NCBI GenBank assembly: GCA_013265495.1
Contig: MU058037.1
Coordinates: 1,737,498 to 1,801,497, forward strand
Length of the DNA stretch: 64,000 bases
Direction of reading: 5' to 3'
DNA from: Vicugna vicugna
Lineage: Eukaryota
Positions 1 to 13,945 of this stretch are shown here, in pieces. The notes below the pieces were generated by a model, which ran no database searches, was not told the origin of the DNA, and saw only the letters and a program-made list of their open reading frames with translations. Each line of letters begins with the position of its first letter. The first letter of the stretch is position 1. The position numbers were made by a program, and so were the translations under genes.

Positions 1-599
1 GGTATACTGTTTCCAATGTCATATAATTATAAGTTAACCCAATTTTAATGGGGTTTGGAATGTGAAAGAAGAAACAGGAATTGGTTGGTAATGAGAATTT
101 GACAGTATTTTCTTGCTTCCCCAGCAAATACGTTTTGCAAAAGTCCTGTATGAAGGCATCATTACCAAGCTTTTTTTCCTTGGCATGTGGCACCTTTTAA
201 TATTCTATGAAAACAGTCTTATGTTTTGGTTTATTTCATGGCAAATTATGCCATTCAAAGAAAGAGTATGTTATTATTTATTTTCCTTTGAATGTGTTCA
301 GGTTTTTAAATTATTATCAAGGATTGGTTGTTCTAATGCCATGACTCTTATAGCACCCAATGTCTGAAAGTTTAGAAATAATGATTTGAGGCTTTACATC
401 TGTTTAGGTATTAATCTGAGTATATAAATTCAAAAGGCAAAGTTAAGGATGTTTTCAGTAGCAAACCTTAATTTTCATTGAAGTATATGTCCTCATCAAA
501 ATTACAGAGCATCTACATAATTATATTATTATACCTTTTATGAAAATAAATTTCATATAAAATTATAAGAAAAATAAACTTGCCAGAACATGTAGAATT

Positions 600-830
600 G
601 CAAAATGATATAATATACTTAGAAAGAGAGCTAAACTAGGGATGAGAAGAGTTGGGCCTTCTGTCTAAACTTCAAGTTCAAGTCTCTGTAATATTGAGCA
701 AATCACATAATCCTGCTAACCCTCAGTATTTTCATCTGCAATATGGGGATTCTCATTCTTAGAATTTATTGAGGCTCAAATGAAAAAAAGTATTCAAAAT
801 CACTGTAAGCTATACAAATGTAACCTAATG
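600..830 (+). mobile_element. MIR SINE remnant
   Basis: Degenerate MIR core: gagcaaatcacataatcc...cctcagtattttcatctgcaatatggggat...ttgaggctcaaatga; boundaries approximate. Confidence 0.7.
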
Positions 831-2450
831 TTATTATTCAAATTGCATAGAATTTGTAGTACAGTCTTCTAAATATCCTCAAAACTGGCAACCCTTTTTT
901 TCTTGAAGAATAACTTTGACAGCCAAAATTCATTTGAAGCCATGTCTGGCCAGTAAATTAGATGCTCCATTTAGCTAATACTGTTTTTGGTTAAGGAAAA
1001 AAAAATGGTATAAAATAGACATTATTAAAAGCATGCCACATAAAATTATTGAAGTCAATGTTTTAAAAGTTCCCAAAATATTTTGAATTATATCAATAGC
1101 CCAAAGATGACTACTTTGAAGTCTTAACAATAATTGATTATATTTGGTTATGTTCCTTAAAAGAATATGTTTATCTGCATTTTAGTAATGTTCCCATGTA
1201 AGCGTCTAGATTTTTCTATCTTAAGTCTACATGTTTGGTTTAAAGATACTATTCTACAAAAGTTTAAAGTAGAGCACAAGATAATCAAGTAAATTTATGT
1301 TTGTAAATGAGACATGAAATATTCAGTTATTCATTTTTTTTCCTGTGAAAAGGTAAATCAAAGGTCAGCTCCTTTAAACTATTCCTTTTGTCAAGAATGT
1401 GAGTGAAGATTGGAAGGAGAAGGGAGGGTAGTAGGAAAGAAAATGTTTGAATTACAAAGTACCACTTCACTATCAACATATTTAAATGAGTACCTGCATA
1501 AAACAAAACTGGCTTAAAAAATTAAACCTTGCCTTTGTTCTCCATTTATGGAAATACCCTTTCTGCAGGCTAGATGAAAGTAAAATGTGGTTCAAGGTTC
1601 TCACTCCTTATGTAGGTAACTGTAGCTCCTACACATCATTGTTAGAATCCTCATGTGGCAGGGGGAGGCAGAAGTCATAGAATTATTGTATTTTTCCTCA
1701 GAAAAAGATTGTACCATGCTTAGAAAATATTGAACCTCATTTCCTTAACGGTACAACTTCTTATAAGCATAATCTCATGAAAAAGAAAGACTGACTACAT
1801 GCAAATTTTATTCCTAAACAGGAAGATGGAGTTGTAGCTAATTGGGAAAGAGATTAGAAAGATGATAGAATTGGCTAAAGCCAACATTTAGTTTAAAAAC
1901 ACTCCTCAGAAATTATATTAGATACCCAATGTGATCTTGCTTTGGGGGAAGGGATATTGTTTTCCTATATGCAGTGTGTTTCTCTTTTATCGTGGCTTTT
2001 TATATTGTATTGACTACTCAGTTTTTCTTGGTCCATTAGAACATAAACATGTGAAAATAGCAAGCCATTAAGACTCTTTCAAAAACTGTTAGTATAATCA
2101 GAAGATGTTCTGTTAGCATGCAGTGTACCTCATTTTTAGTATGAAAAGTGTTCTTGGGCTCTGATGAAACCTTATGAAGGTTTGGTTCAACAACCATGTA
2201 AAAATGAAAAATCTGTTAATACTAATTTACCTGTCTTAGTAAATCACAAAACAAGCAACCTAAAGCAAACATTCATACAAAAATTTCCTGTATACATTTG
2301 ATAAAGATGACTCCAACTGATACCTGCCATTTATGCAACTGTATTTTGCATTCACTTTGAATACCTCAGAGAATCAAGTAATTTGCTAACACTTTAGTTG
2401 TGCTTCTTAGAAATTGATTTCTGTAGATTTAATATAGCTGTTGTTATCAC

Positions 2451-2927
2451 TGTACAGGAGGAAAAATAATTTTCCCTCTACCCTTCTGAGTTCTTAGCTG
2501 AGACCCCTGTAATCAAAGGTGGGTTAACAAGAGAGATGGCTTTAGAATTTAGGCTTAAATGCCACCTTAATAAGGAAAGGGGAGAGGGTGATAGGCCTCT
2601 TAAGGGAGAGTAAATTATTTTTAGGAAAGATGAGTGGGCTCTTAAAAGAATAGATGGGAGGTATGATAATTTGTGACTAAGTTTGTCTGGGTGTGGTATG
2701 GACTTCTAGTTTTCTCTCCTGTGATAAGAGTAAGCCCTCTCTGGTTGATGAATCTCCTGGGGAGGGGATTTATGATAATGAATTCCTTTAGGAGGATTTA
2801 TCTTTAAGCAGATAAGGAGAATTGAGAGAAAGCTCTCCCTGTATTTGCTGTTTTCAAGTAACTTGGGCTCAAAATAATCGATATACCAAGCAGCACATTT
2901 TGAGGTGGCATATTTTGCTACCTTTCA
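2451..2927 (-). mobile_element. ERV1-class solo LTR, MER34/MER39-like
   Basis: TG...CA termini; the minus strand begins tgaaaggtagcaaaatatgccacctcaaaatgtg...gattattttgagc, as in the MER34/MER39 group; flanks tcac/ttac are a degenerate 4-bp TSD. Confidence 0.75.
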
Positions 2928-3153
2928 TTACCTTACATATTATCCTTTAGTAAAGGCCTAGAAGAAATATATCAAGATTCGTAGAGAGAATCAAAAGTTC
3001 AAGGTAAGTGGAACTTTCGTTACTTTCCCCATAAACTGGTTAGAAAAATATTCTTAAACAAGGAAATTCATGACAGTTTGATGCTGATGTTCTACTTCAG
3101 TGACCTTTCTTTTCCCAAATGAGTGAAATCAAAACTTATGTTTCCAGACTCAC

Positions 3154-3355
3154 CAATACCTAATGACTTCCTCAGACATAGACATCAGCTAAGCTCTACT
3201 GTCAAATGGTTTGATATCAGTATCATCAGTGGTAATTTGGATTGGGATGGGCTGATTAAGTAAGCCAAACCACTTTTGGTTGCATACATTTGTGATCAAT
3301 AGCAGTGAATTCTCATGCCTCAGATCCAAGCAACATATGTGACCAAAACATTTTG
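3154..3355 (-). other. Candidate spliced exon (202 nt), probably non-coding
   Basis: Minus strand: TACTAAC branch point (3373-3379), tcatttctcttgaaCAG acceptor, TTG|GTGAGT donor; stop codons in all three frames. Confidence 0.4.
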
Positions 3356-3784
3356 CTGTTCAAGAGAAATGAGTTAGTACAGGGACATATCGGCATCATG
3401 AGGAAAAGAAGGTTTATTATTTCAGAAGACAAACTTGTTGCCATAGCATCAGTATTCAAGAAAAATTTGTAACCACCTATAGAGATACATAGAAGATTTT
3501 TTAAGAAAAAGTAAGCGAAATTATTGAAATAGAAGGCAAGCCTCCTAGAAAGTTGTTTGCTACAATGAAACCAAATGCAAGGTTTCACTGAAACAGAAGA
3601 AATCACTGTGCAATCTGTTCCTCCCCCAGTATTTATCATATAAAGACTTTTTGGGAGGCATTTGCACACATATAATGATCAGTGAAAATGTTCATTTCAG
3701 TTCAGTTTAAAGGTGTTGGAGAAATAAAGAATGTCTGCAGTTATCTAATGAGTATATATTTCTCAGGTTGCAAACTGAGTTGAG

Positions 3785-4005
3785 ATGGCAATGTGGGGAC
3801 CCTGGTTGTGATCCTGGAACAGAAGAAGACATTAGTGAAAAAAATTGGTGAATTTTGAATAAAGTCTGTAGTTTAGTTAGTAACATTTTATCAATGTTAA
3901 TTTCTTGTTCTTGATAATCAAACTATGATATCTAAAATGTTAACATTAGGGGAAGCAAGGTGAGGGATAAACTGTACTGTTTTTGCAACTTTTCTATAAG
4001 TTTAA
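3785..4005 (+). mobile_element. Old L1 (L1MC/L1ME-type) 3' UTR fragment
   Basis: gatcctggaacagaagaagacattagtg...atcaatgttaatttcttg...gttaacattaggggaag...tttttgcaacttttct. Confidence 0.75.
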
Positions 4006-4869
4006 CACACACACATACAGAAAGAAAAGCTTAAGTTTTATATAACTAAATGTAATGCCCAGAAAACTTTATCTAGTGACAGAAGAATTATCTGTGTCTC
4101 AGAAAGCTTTATTTGGTCACAACTAGGTAAAGTTGGTCACCTTTGAGATTTTTCTTAAGGATATTCATGGGTATTGCTTTCTCCCTCTCCCTGAAGTAGA
4201 TGTAAAGCTGGAAGGAAGCTTAAACAAATGTTTAAATGTTTCTATAAAGTGGGCACATCTACTTGTTATGTTTGATTTGGTTATGTCCTAAACTGATGTC
4301 CTCCACAACGTGACTTCTCTTATTTAATCCTTGGGCCTATCCCCTGCATGCTGGTATCTGCTAAAATCAACCTATATACCTGACTTGATCCTGGCTGTAC
4401 ATTCCTCTAGTTTGGTGGTCATTAGTGTCTCCTGTAGATCTCTCACAGGCTCAGTAACTATTTCTCTTCATAGCTACTATCTACCTCTCCAGGAACTTTC
4501 AGATGCCATCCCACTGGAAATTCAGGGGATTTTCTCTGGGCCTCTCCAATATGGGCAAAAATAGCTATTATACTTTTAATGGTTTGGCGGACTTTTCTTA
4601 AAGGTTTGCCATCTCCTTGGTCTTCACCCAGAGTTCTTTATATTCTCTCAGATACTCACACTTAAAGCAGGATTCTGTATAGCATCTGGAGGGAAGGACA
4701 CAGCTCTCCCTTCCCCCACTACATCTGGCTCTCCTATTTTCTCTTTTCAGATTTTCCTCCCTGTTTTGCCCTATAGCTCTAAGGCTTTTATGTAATCTGC
4801 GGGAGGAGAAAACTTATTTAGCCAGTACACTTTCGAAGTCTTTTAGTCTTACATATCTAGATTTTGACC

Positions 4870-5210
4870 TTTTTTTGAAGTACAATTTAAATATAGCTAA
4901 ATACTCTGTGTGTACTGTTCAGTTTTGACAAATGCATAAACTTGTATAACCCATACTGTTATTAAGACCCAGAACATTCTAATCACCACAGAAAGTTCCC
5001 TTATGCCCCATCTCAGTGAATATGCCCTACAACAACCATGATCTGACTTTTTGTCATTATAGGTTACTAGTTTTGTCCATTCTAGAGTTTCATATAATTG
5101 AAATTATACAATATATACTTTTTGTGTCTTATTCTTTTACTCAGTATAATGTTTTTGAAGTTTATCCATATTGAGGCTTGGATCTATAGTTCATTCTTCT
5201 TAGTTTCTGA
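4870..5210 (-). mobile_element. Old L1 (L1MB/L1ME-type) 3' end fragment
   Basis: ttttgacaaatgcata...cagaaagttccctt...ttttactcagtataatgtttttga...ttatccat, typical antisense L1 3' end. Confidence 0.75.
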
Positions 5211-6129
5211 AAAATCCCTGAAAAGAAATATTAGGAATCAAGTTTTTTTACATTGTATTTAATTTTAATTACTTAATACATGATTTTAAGCACATAGTTT
5301 TACTCTATGTATTTAGCTGATCAGTTTTGGTCAGTTTGTGGTATATAATTTATATCCAAGAATGAAATTCTGTCTTCAAATTTTGCACATATAGGAGATT
5401 AGGATAGACTTTTGATCAACACATGACCATTGTCTAGGAACCAATTAAAGGTTGAGTGTTGCCACAATCATAATTTTTAAATATTTCTGGAACATTGAGA
5501 AATAAAGAAGGCTTTAAGCAGTTGTCAGATGAGATATAGAGGAGCAGCATGTTGATGCCAGCTGAAACAAAATATTGGGAGCCACTTGGCTGAGCAGCTG
5601 CTTTCATACTAATACATCATACATAGAAATATCAAAACGGTTACCAGTAGAGTTTTACATCTATTTGGGAAGACTCCAGCTTCACTAGATGCTTCAGTAC
5701 CTTCTAGCCTTAAATTATATATCCTAGTAACGTCAAGTGTCAAAGCCTTTAGTACTCATTTCAGGTTCTCTACAAAGCTGGTTAATTTTAAAGCCTGTTT
5801 TTAAATTTTAAAAATTGGTGGTCAGTAAACTTTCTTGCCTCCTTCATAGAAAAAAAATGTTCAGATCATCATGTGCAGTTTTCCTTAAATGTCCATCCTA
5901 ACCCTAATAAGTATATCAAAGGTCAAAATACATATTAACCTCCATATATGCAGGAAAACATTTCGGTAAAATTAAATATTCAATTTCTATTTTAAAAAAT
6001 TCCAGTAAGAAACAGTCAGAAAACATTGTCTTCTAAAGATTTTGAGAGATTTCTCATTCTAGCTCTATTCCTTCCAGGTTCTCCCTCTTATAATTAAAAA
6101 ATTAAATAAAATTAATTAAATAAATAAAT

Positions 6130-8930
6130 TAAATTAAAAAAAATTTGAAATCCTAAACATAACAATCATAGACAGACTCTGAAAGGGGTGAAAGGAAGAA
6201 GGCTGACAGTCTAGCTGACTTGTGACTGGAGGAAAGACACAGTGATGAGTTCCCTGGATTTCCTTGTTGTCTCCCATGTATTACTGACAGAGTATGGCAC
6301 CACCATATTGGCCTCCACCCAGAACTACCAACAGGCAAAGACAATACAAAGTTGCAAGAAAGGCCAGTTCCCACTCTCTTGCCAAAGTGCTAGGAAAATG
6401 GTGGCCTAAGAACAGAAAACCTTTTTGCAAGACCCACCCTATACCAGACAAAGAGCAAGGGAGAAAGTATGCCTTGTCCCCCATGTTTCACTGGTAAGTC
6501 TACTTGGCACAAGCTAAGTGGCACTCTGATTTCTCCACTAGGTGGTGTCAGCAAGCTGAGTGGGGATATGAAGCAGACAGTACTTATCTGATTCTCCTGT
6601 AGAGGTAGTAATGATTGGATCAAGTGGGCGGCTGATCTTCCATTACCTGCTTGATGGAAGCCAGTGGTGCTCTGATTCTCCTGCCAAGGTGCTGTTGGTG
6701 GGACTGAGTGGGGAAAGGCTCTTCCATTCCCCACCTGGCAGAATTAGGCTATGCTCAGATTCCTCCAACAGGGTAGTTTCATTAGGATTCAGAAGTGAGC
6801 TAAGCCTCTAGTTGTACCTAGCAGCAATGAAATTTAACCAGGTTGTGAGAGGTGGAGCTATATCCCCTCTCCAGTGTCAAAGGGCTCAGTGGGAAGCCCC
6901 CTTCTGGAATCAATGAGACTGAATAAAGTGGTGCAAGTCAGGCCTAGCAAACATTTGGGTTTCTAGCTACCTCTGGTGTCAACAAGGCCAGTGCCAAGTT
7001 GAACTTCCAAACTCATCCAGTAACAGTGAGACTGAATGATGTGGTGCTAAGCAACGCTAGACAGCACTACTGTTCATTCACTGATGTTGCCCAGTAGGAA
7101 GCTGAGCCTCTATACCCACCTGCCTGAATCCTAGTTTCACTGGGAAGGTGACAGCAGGACTGAAGGAGGAGCTGACCTTCACTCTAACTATCTGCCTCAG
7201 GCAGTGTGAGCCGGTGCCCCACTTTTGCCAAGGTGGTGTTGGCAGGACCCAGCAGGAAACATAACATACACTCCGCCTGGTGTGAGAGGTATACCTCAAC
7301 AGGTAGACTTCCTGATAAAAATAAAGAAGGTTAAATAGAATCCATAGCCTCATAATACAATTTCTAAAATGTTGAGAACATAATTTAAAAAATCACTCAG
7401 CTCTGCAGCAAGAACCAGAAAAATCAAACATGAATGAGAAAAGACAATTAATAGATGTCAACATCAAAAGGAATCAAATGTTGAGATGTTGAAAGTATCT
7501 GACAAAATTTTTAAAGCAGTCATCATAAAAATATTTTAATGAGCAATTATGAATTCTCTTGAAAAATTAAAAATCTCACCACGGAAAAAGAAGCTATAAC
7601 CAAAAAAAAAAAAATGGTGCTAGTAGAACTAAAAACACGGTAATCAAAATGAAAAACTCACTCACTGGCTCAATAGTAGAATAGAGAAAATAGAGATAGA
7701 ATAAGTGAACTAGAGTATAGATCAGTAGAATTTACCCAGTATGAACATCAAAGAGAAAATAGACTGAAAAAAATTGAACAGACTCTCAGGGACCTATGGG
7801 ACAATAGCAAAACAGAACATATGTATCATCAGAGTTTGAAAAGGAGAGGAGAGAGTGGGAGTGAAATATTATTCCAAAGAATAATGGCTGAAAATGATCC
7901 AAATTTGGACAAGGAAGTAAACCTTCACATCCAGGAAGCTGAGCAAGCCTCAAATAAGGTAAGCCGAAATATATCCATGACACATCATAATCAAACTTTT
8001 GAAAACTAAAGACAAAGAAATAAATCTTAAAAGCAGCCAGATAGGAATGCTGTATTACTTATAAGGAAACAATGATTGGTATGACAGCAGATTTCTCATC
8101 TGAAAATATGGAAGTCAGTAGTAAGTTGCTAACATTTTTCAAGCACTGAATTAAAAATAATTGTCAACAGCAAGTTCTATATCTAACAGAAATATCCTGC
8201 TGGAACTCAGGGGCAATAAGACATTCTTGGATAAAGGAAAACTAAGATAATTATTAACTAACAAGCTTCCCATTAAAGAATGGCTAAAGTAACTTCTCTA
8301 ATCAGAAATGTAATAATAACATAAGGAGGCTTGGAATTGCAGAAAGGAAAGAAAATTGGAATGTATAAATACAGGGGTAAATATAACAGACTAGGATTCC
8401 TACTTCTCATGAGTTTCTTAAACCATATTTGAAGGCTAAAGTAAAAATTATAACACCAGCTGCTGTGGTGCTTAACATAAGTAGAGAGCATACTTTTAAA
8501 AAACATGCTTTTTAAATGGTGAGCACAAAGGGACCTAAACGGAAGTCATGTTTCTATACTTAAAGTGGTAAAATGTTGCAGCCAGTTAATTGTGATATCA
8601 TATATTATACATATTTAATACCTAGAACCAGGCTAAGAAAACTAAATGAAGAAAAGTATTCAAAAATATTATACATTTATCAGGAGAAAATTCTTAAAAA
8701 TGTTCACATACCCCACTGGAAAGTAAGAAAAGAAGAGGAATGAGAATTGGAGAAAACAAACTGAAAGAAAATAATAAAATGGCTAACTTAAGCCATAACA
8801 AGTCAACTTTAAGTTATTGATTATTCAATTTTGATTGAATTATTGATTATTCAATCAATAACTTAAATGCAAATTGTCTGTATACACTAATTAAAAAAGA
8901 GATTGGCAGAACAGCTAAAAATAATCCCCA
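6130..8930 (+). mobile_element. Old L1, outer element of a nest: 5' UTR, decayed ORF1 and start of ORF2
   Basis: GC-richer 5' UTR-like block to about 7330; ORF1 remnant (ORF 7821..8009: SEILFQRIMAENDPNLDKEVNLHIQEAEQ); ORF2 endonuclease start near 8780-8920. Confidence 0.8.
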
Positions 8931-8934
8931 CACT

Positions 8935-11900
8935 TCACTTCCAGTTTCTGGTCCAACATATAAAGATCTTGGAAGTTATCATTCCTGTTTTCACAAGAAA
9001 AAAGCTGAAGAAACTGAAAATCAACAACTCTTCTTAGCTCTGTCACAGAATTGAAGTCACAGGAAAAATCACAGCTCCTAAAACTGGAGAGACAGAGACT
9101 CAGGCTTTACCAGGATCAGAAGTTGCAACTGGAGTCTGTTAGGAACACATTGCTGGAGACTGACCATTGGACTAGCTTGAGAGAGAAAAACTCCTAGGGA
9201 CTCTGCCTTAGGGGGATACCCATACTTCAGTGAGTTATATCTCCAGGAGGCCCACCAGGTTCTCAGGGTGAAGACTGGAGAAAAATCCCCTCTTGCTTTT
9301 GGCAGGGGAAAGGGAAAGTAGTTATTTTGAAATATGCCCAGAGCATTCTGTCCTCATTAACAAAGACTTCTTCTCAAGAAAAACTGTTTTACCAGATCCT
9401 AACCCACATGGATTTTCCCAGAGCCTAACCAATGTGGAAAAAGGGAAATACCCATCTCCAGCCCCCTCTAGCCTTCCTGTCTCACTTAAGGAAGGGAAAA
9501 AAGCTGAGAAGCACTCATGAAGGTTACAGCCCAGTGGCCCAGGCCAAGTAAAAGATAAAGATCTTTTTATAGGAATATATGATTCTTCTCCTTCTTCTAC
9601 ATCTTTCCACAATATCAACAGGGCTTCTGTATATTAATAAGAATTTACAGCTGAAAGAACTTCAAGGCTCAGGCTGTATTTAAGAAGGAGTTTCTAGGGA
9701 AACCCAAAGATAACAGAGAGGACAAAGACAAGGACACTAGAGGAAATCTTAGCTTCCCATGCCTATAAAATAAACACAGCCTAGCTCCTAACTAGATAAA
9801 CATAAAACCTCACACTAAAGGCCTGTTTACCTCAGTTCCTTTTTTTGATACATCATGTCTGGCTTTACACAACAACAACAAAATTACAAGTCATGATAAA
9901 AGGCAAAACAAAACAAAACTAAACCAAAACAAACCAAAACAAAAACAGTTTGAAGAATCAGTCCAAGAATCAGGACCAGACTCAGATATGGCAGAGATTT
10001 TGGAATTATCACAGTGATGATTTAAAATAATGGTTATTAACATCCTAAGGGCTGTAATAGAAAAGTGGGTAACATGCACAAACAAATAGGTTCAGAGAGA
10101 TGGAAACTCTAAGAAAGATTCAAAAAGAAATGCTATAAATCACAAACACTGTAACAAAAATGAATAATGCCTTTGGTAGATTCATCAGTAGACTAGACAT
10201 AGCTGAGGAAAGAATTAGCCAGCTTGATCATAAGTCAGTAGAAACTTCCCAAACTGAATATATTGAGTGATAACTTACGGATAAGTGAAGTGATAAGAAA
10301 CGTCAGAAGGGACAAGAAGGAGGAATTAATACTATGCTATAAGGTACCAAACTACCTGAGAAGTGTATAGTGTTATTTGAAAGTGTACTTGGATTAATTG
10401 TAAATATATATTTCAAACTCTAACATAACTGCTAACAACTAAAGGCCGTGACTGTCAAAGTGGATAAAATAATAATACCCAACAATAGCACAAAAGGCAA
10501 AAAAAAGAGTAGAAGACAAAAATAGAAACAAAGAACAAGGACAACAAATAGACAAAAGTTGCAAATATGCTAGCTATTACTCCGGCTAAATCAGTAATCA
10601 CTTTGAACATCAGTGGTCTAAAAGCACCAATTAAAAGACAGATTGTCAGAGTGGATCAAAAAACACCACCAAACTATATGTTGTCTACAAAAAATTCCAC
10701 TTTAAATATAAAGACACATAAAGATTAAAAGTAACTGGGTGTAAAAAGATGTACCATGCTAACACTAAACAAAAGAAAGTAGGAGTAGACATATTAATTT
10801 CAGACAGAGTAGACTTCAGAGTAAGGAAAGATATCAGGGATAAAGAGGGGCATTACATAATAATAAAGAGGTTAAATTTCCAAGAAGACACAATGATCCT
10901 TAACACGTATGCACCTAACAGTGCACCCAACTCTCTCAAACAGTAGAGTATCAAAATATGTGGGGCAAAAACTGATAGAACTGCAAGGAGAAGTAGATGG
11001 AATCCACTATTACAGTTGGATGGTTCAATACTGCTCTATCAAAAATGGACAGGTTTGTCAGGCAGAAAATCTAGAAATAAAAGGCAATCCTAAGGAATCT
11101 ACAAAACATCTCCTAGACCTAAAGTAAGTCCAGCAAGTTCACAAGCTACAAGAACAACAAAATTAAGAAATCTCATATCTCTATATTAATATGCAGAAAT
11201 GAACATTAAAATTTATCATTTGAAATTGCTCCAAAGGAAATGAAATACTTCAGAAAACACTTGACAAAACATGTATAGGATCTGTGTACTTTTAGTTATT
11301 AAATGCTGATACCAGAAGTCAAAAAAGATCAAGATAAATGGGGAGACATACTATGTTCAGGGATTGGAAGACTCAACATAATAAAGATTTATATATTGAT
11401 TTAGTGCAATTCCTAACAAATCCCACAAACTTTTATGTAGATATAGGGAAGCTTATTCTAAATTAATATGGAAAGGAACAGACCCTGGAATACCTAAAAC
11501 AATCTTGACAAGAAAAAATAAATTGAGAGGAATCACTCTACCCAATAAAGGCTTACCATATAGCTACAGCAATAAAGACAACATGGCGTTGGTGGAGGGA
11601 TAGGCAAATAGAAGAAAGAAATAGATGCCCACAAATATGCCCCACTGATTTTTGACGAAGGTCCAAAATGAAAGAAGTTTAGTCTTTCAACAAATTGGGC
11701 TGGATCAATTGGGCATCCATACACCAAGAAAAAAAAAACCTCAACCTTAAGTTCACACCTATGCAAAAGTGAACTCAAAATTTGTGATAGACTTAAATAT
11801 AAATTTTAAAACTACAGTCTTAGAAAAATCTTAAAAGAAAATTTTTGGGATCTAGGGCTAAGTAAAGAATTCTTGGACTTGATACCAAAAACATGATACA

Positions 11901-13080
11901 TAAAAGATAAAACTGATAAATTAAACCTCATCAATATTAAAAATGTTTGACCTGTAAAAGACAATGAGAAAAGGATGGAAAGCTGAAACCACAGACTGAG
12001 AAAGTATCTGCAAAGCACACATACAACAAAGAACTAATATCTAGAATGTATAAAGAACTCTCTCAAAAGTCAAAAGTAAGAAAAAAAATATGAATATGAG
12101 CAAAGACACAAAGAGACCAAGGAAAATACACAGAAGACCAATAAACAATAAAAAAGATGCTCAATATCATTAGTCATTAGAGAATTGCAAGTTAAAACCA
12201 CAATGACATACTACTACACACTTAACAGAATGGCCACAATAAAAGGAGAGAATACAGAGAAATTGATCACTTACATCCATTGCTGGTGGAAATATAAAAT
12301 AGTATAGCCACTCTGGAAAACAGTTTTTTAGTCTTTTATAAAGCTGAACATTCATTTACCATATAATTCAGCAAATCCCCTCTTGGGCATTTATCCTAGA
12401 GATATTAAAACTTGTGTTCACATAAAAAAAAACCTGTGCATAAATATTCTTAGCAGCTTCTTTCATGATAGCCAGAAACTAGAAACAGCCCAGTTGTCCT
12501 TCATGATTAAATGATTGAACAAACTGCAGTACAAACATGCTACAGAATACTACTCAGCAATAAGAAAGAATTATTAATACATGTAACAACTTGGGTGACT
12601 TTCCAGGTGATTATACTGAGTGAAAAAAAGCCAGTCTAAAAAGGTTAGATACTGTATGATTCCATTTATATAACATTATTGAAACCACAATATTAGAAAT
12701 GGAGGACGGATTAGTGGCTGTCAGGTGTTAGGGATAGTGAGAGTAGGTGAGTATATGCATAAAAGGGCAAGACAGCAGTCCTTGTTAATCAGACTATTCA
12801 GTGTCTTGATTGTGGTGGTGGATACACAAACTTATGCATGTGATAAAATTGGATAGCCCTAAATACACCCATGCATACAGAAAAGTACACATAAGACTGG
12901 TAAAGCTGAATAAGATCAGTGGGTTGTATTAATGTCAGTGTTCTGGTTGTAACATTGCATAGTTTTGTAAAATGTTACCATTGCATGAAACTAAGTAAAG
13001 AGTACACAGGATCTCTCTGAATTGCTTCTTACAACTCTATGTGAATCTACAATTATTTTAATAAAAAATTCACTTAAAAA
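8935..13080 (+). mobile_element. Nested L1 sequence (L1MC/L1MD-type): 5' UTR, partial ORF1, deleted ORF2, 3' UTR; may be two elements
   Basis: New L1 5' end at about 8935; endonuclease remnant (ORF 10749..10946: YHANTKQKKVGVDILISDRVDF...EGHYIIIK...NTYAPN); jump to post-RT sequence near 11075; L1MC-type 3' end ending in aataaaaaattcacttaaaaa. Confidence 0.8.
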
Positions 13081-13945
13081 TACAATATTATTTATAATTG
13101 CTCAAAAGAAAATTAAATACTTAAGTATACACTAATAAAACAACACATGATGCCTAGAGCAAATGGACATATATAGGCCAAAAAAAAAAAAAAGAACCTT
13201 GACTGAAACCACATACTTTATACAAAATTTAACTGAAAAAGAATGATGGACTTAAATGTAAAATGTAAAATGACAAAATTTTCAGGAAAAAATAATGGAA
13301 AATTTGGGAAAATCTTTAGAATCTCAGCTGAAGCAAAGATGTCTTAGATATGATGCCAGAAGGCTCATTAAAGGAAAAATTGACAAATTAAAATCATTTC
13401 CTCTATGAAACACTATATTAAGAAGATGAAAAGACCAGCTACTGACTAGGAAAAAATATTTGCAAATCACATATCTGAAAAGGACTAGTATATAGAATAT
13501 ATAAAGAACTCTCAAAAATCAGCAATAAAATTTTAAGTTAGTAAAAGAGTAAAAGACAGAAGCAGACATTTTACTGAAGAGGATATGCAGGTAGCAAATA
13601 AACCCATGAAAAGGTGTTCAAAATCCTTAACCATTAGGGAAATGCAAGTTAAAACCACAATGAGATGTTGCATACCTATAGAATTACTAAAATAAAAAAT
13701 GACAACATCAAGTGCTGACAAAGATGTGGAGAAACTGGATTATTCATAGATTGCTGGTGGCAATGTAAAATGGTATAGCCACTCTGGAATTTTTTTTTAA
13801 ATTTTTTATAAAATTAAACATGCAGCTACCATAGAACTCAGCAGTTGTCTTCCTGGGCGTTTATCCCAGAGAAATAAAAAGTTATGTTCACACAAAATTC
13901 CATACATGAATATATAGCATAGTTTATAATAGCAAAAATTGGAAA
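13081..13945 (+). mobile_element. Additional L1 ORF2 3' fragment
   Basis: Repeats the region seen at 11200-12480 (atatttgcaaatcacatatctga, agggaaatgcaagttaaaaccacaatgaga) in a diverged copy. Confidence 0.75.

Noticed and set aside
3170..3232. Possible C/D box snoRNA on the minus strand (ctgatga ... ctga)
   Set aside because: Box C is imperfect, the span is short, there is no convincing terminal stem and I recognised no rRNA guide
4300..4850. Possible ancient LTR
   Set aside because: Composition is suggestive but I could not identify termini or a family
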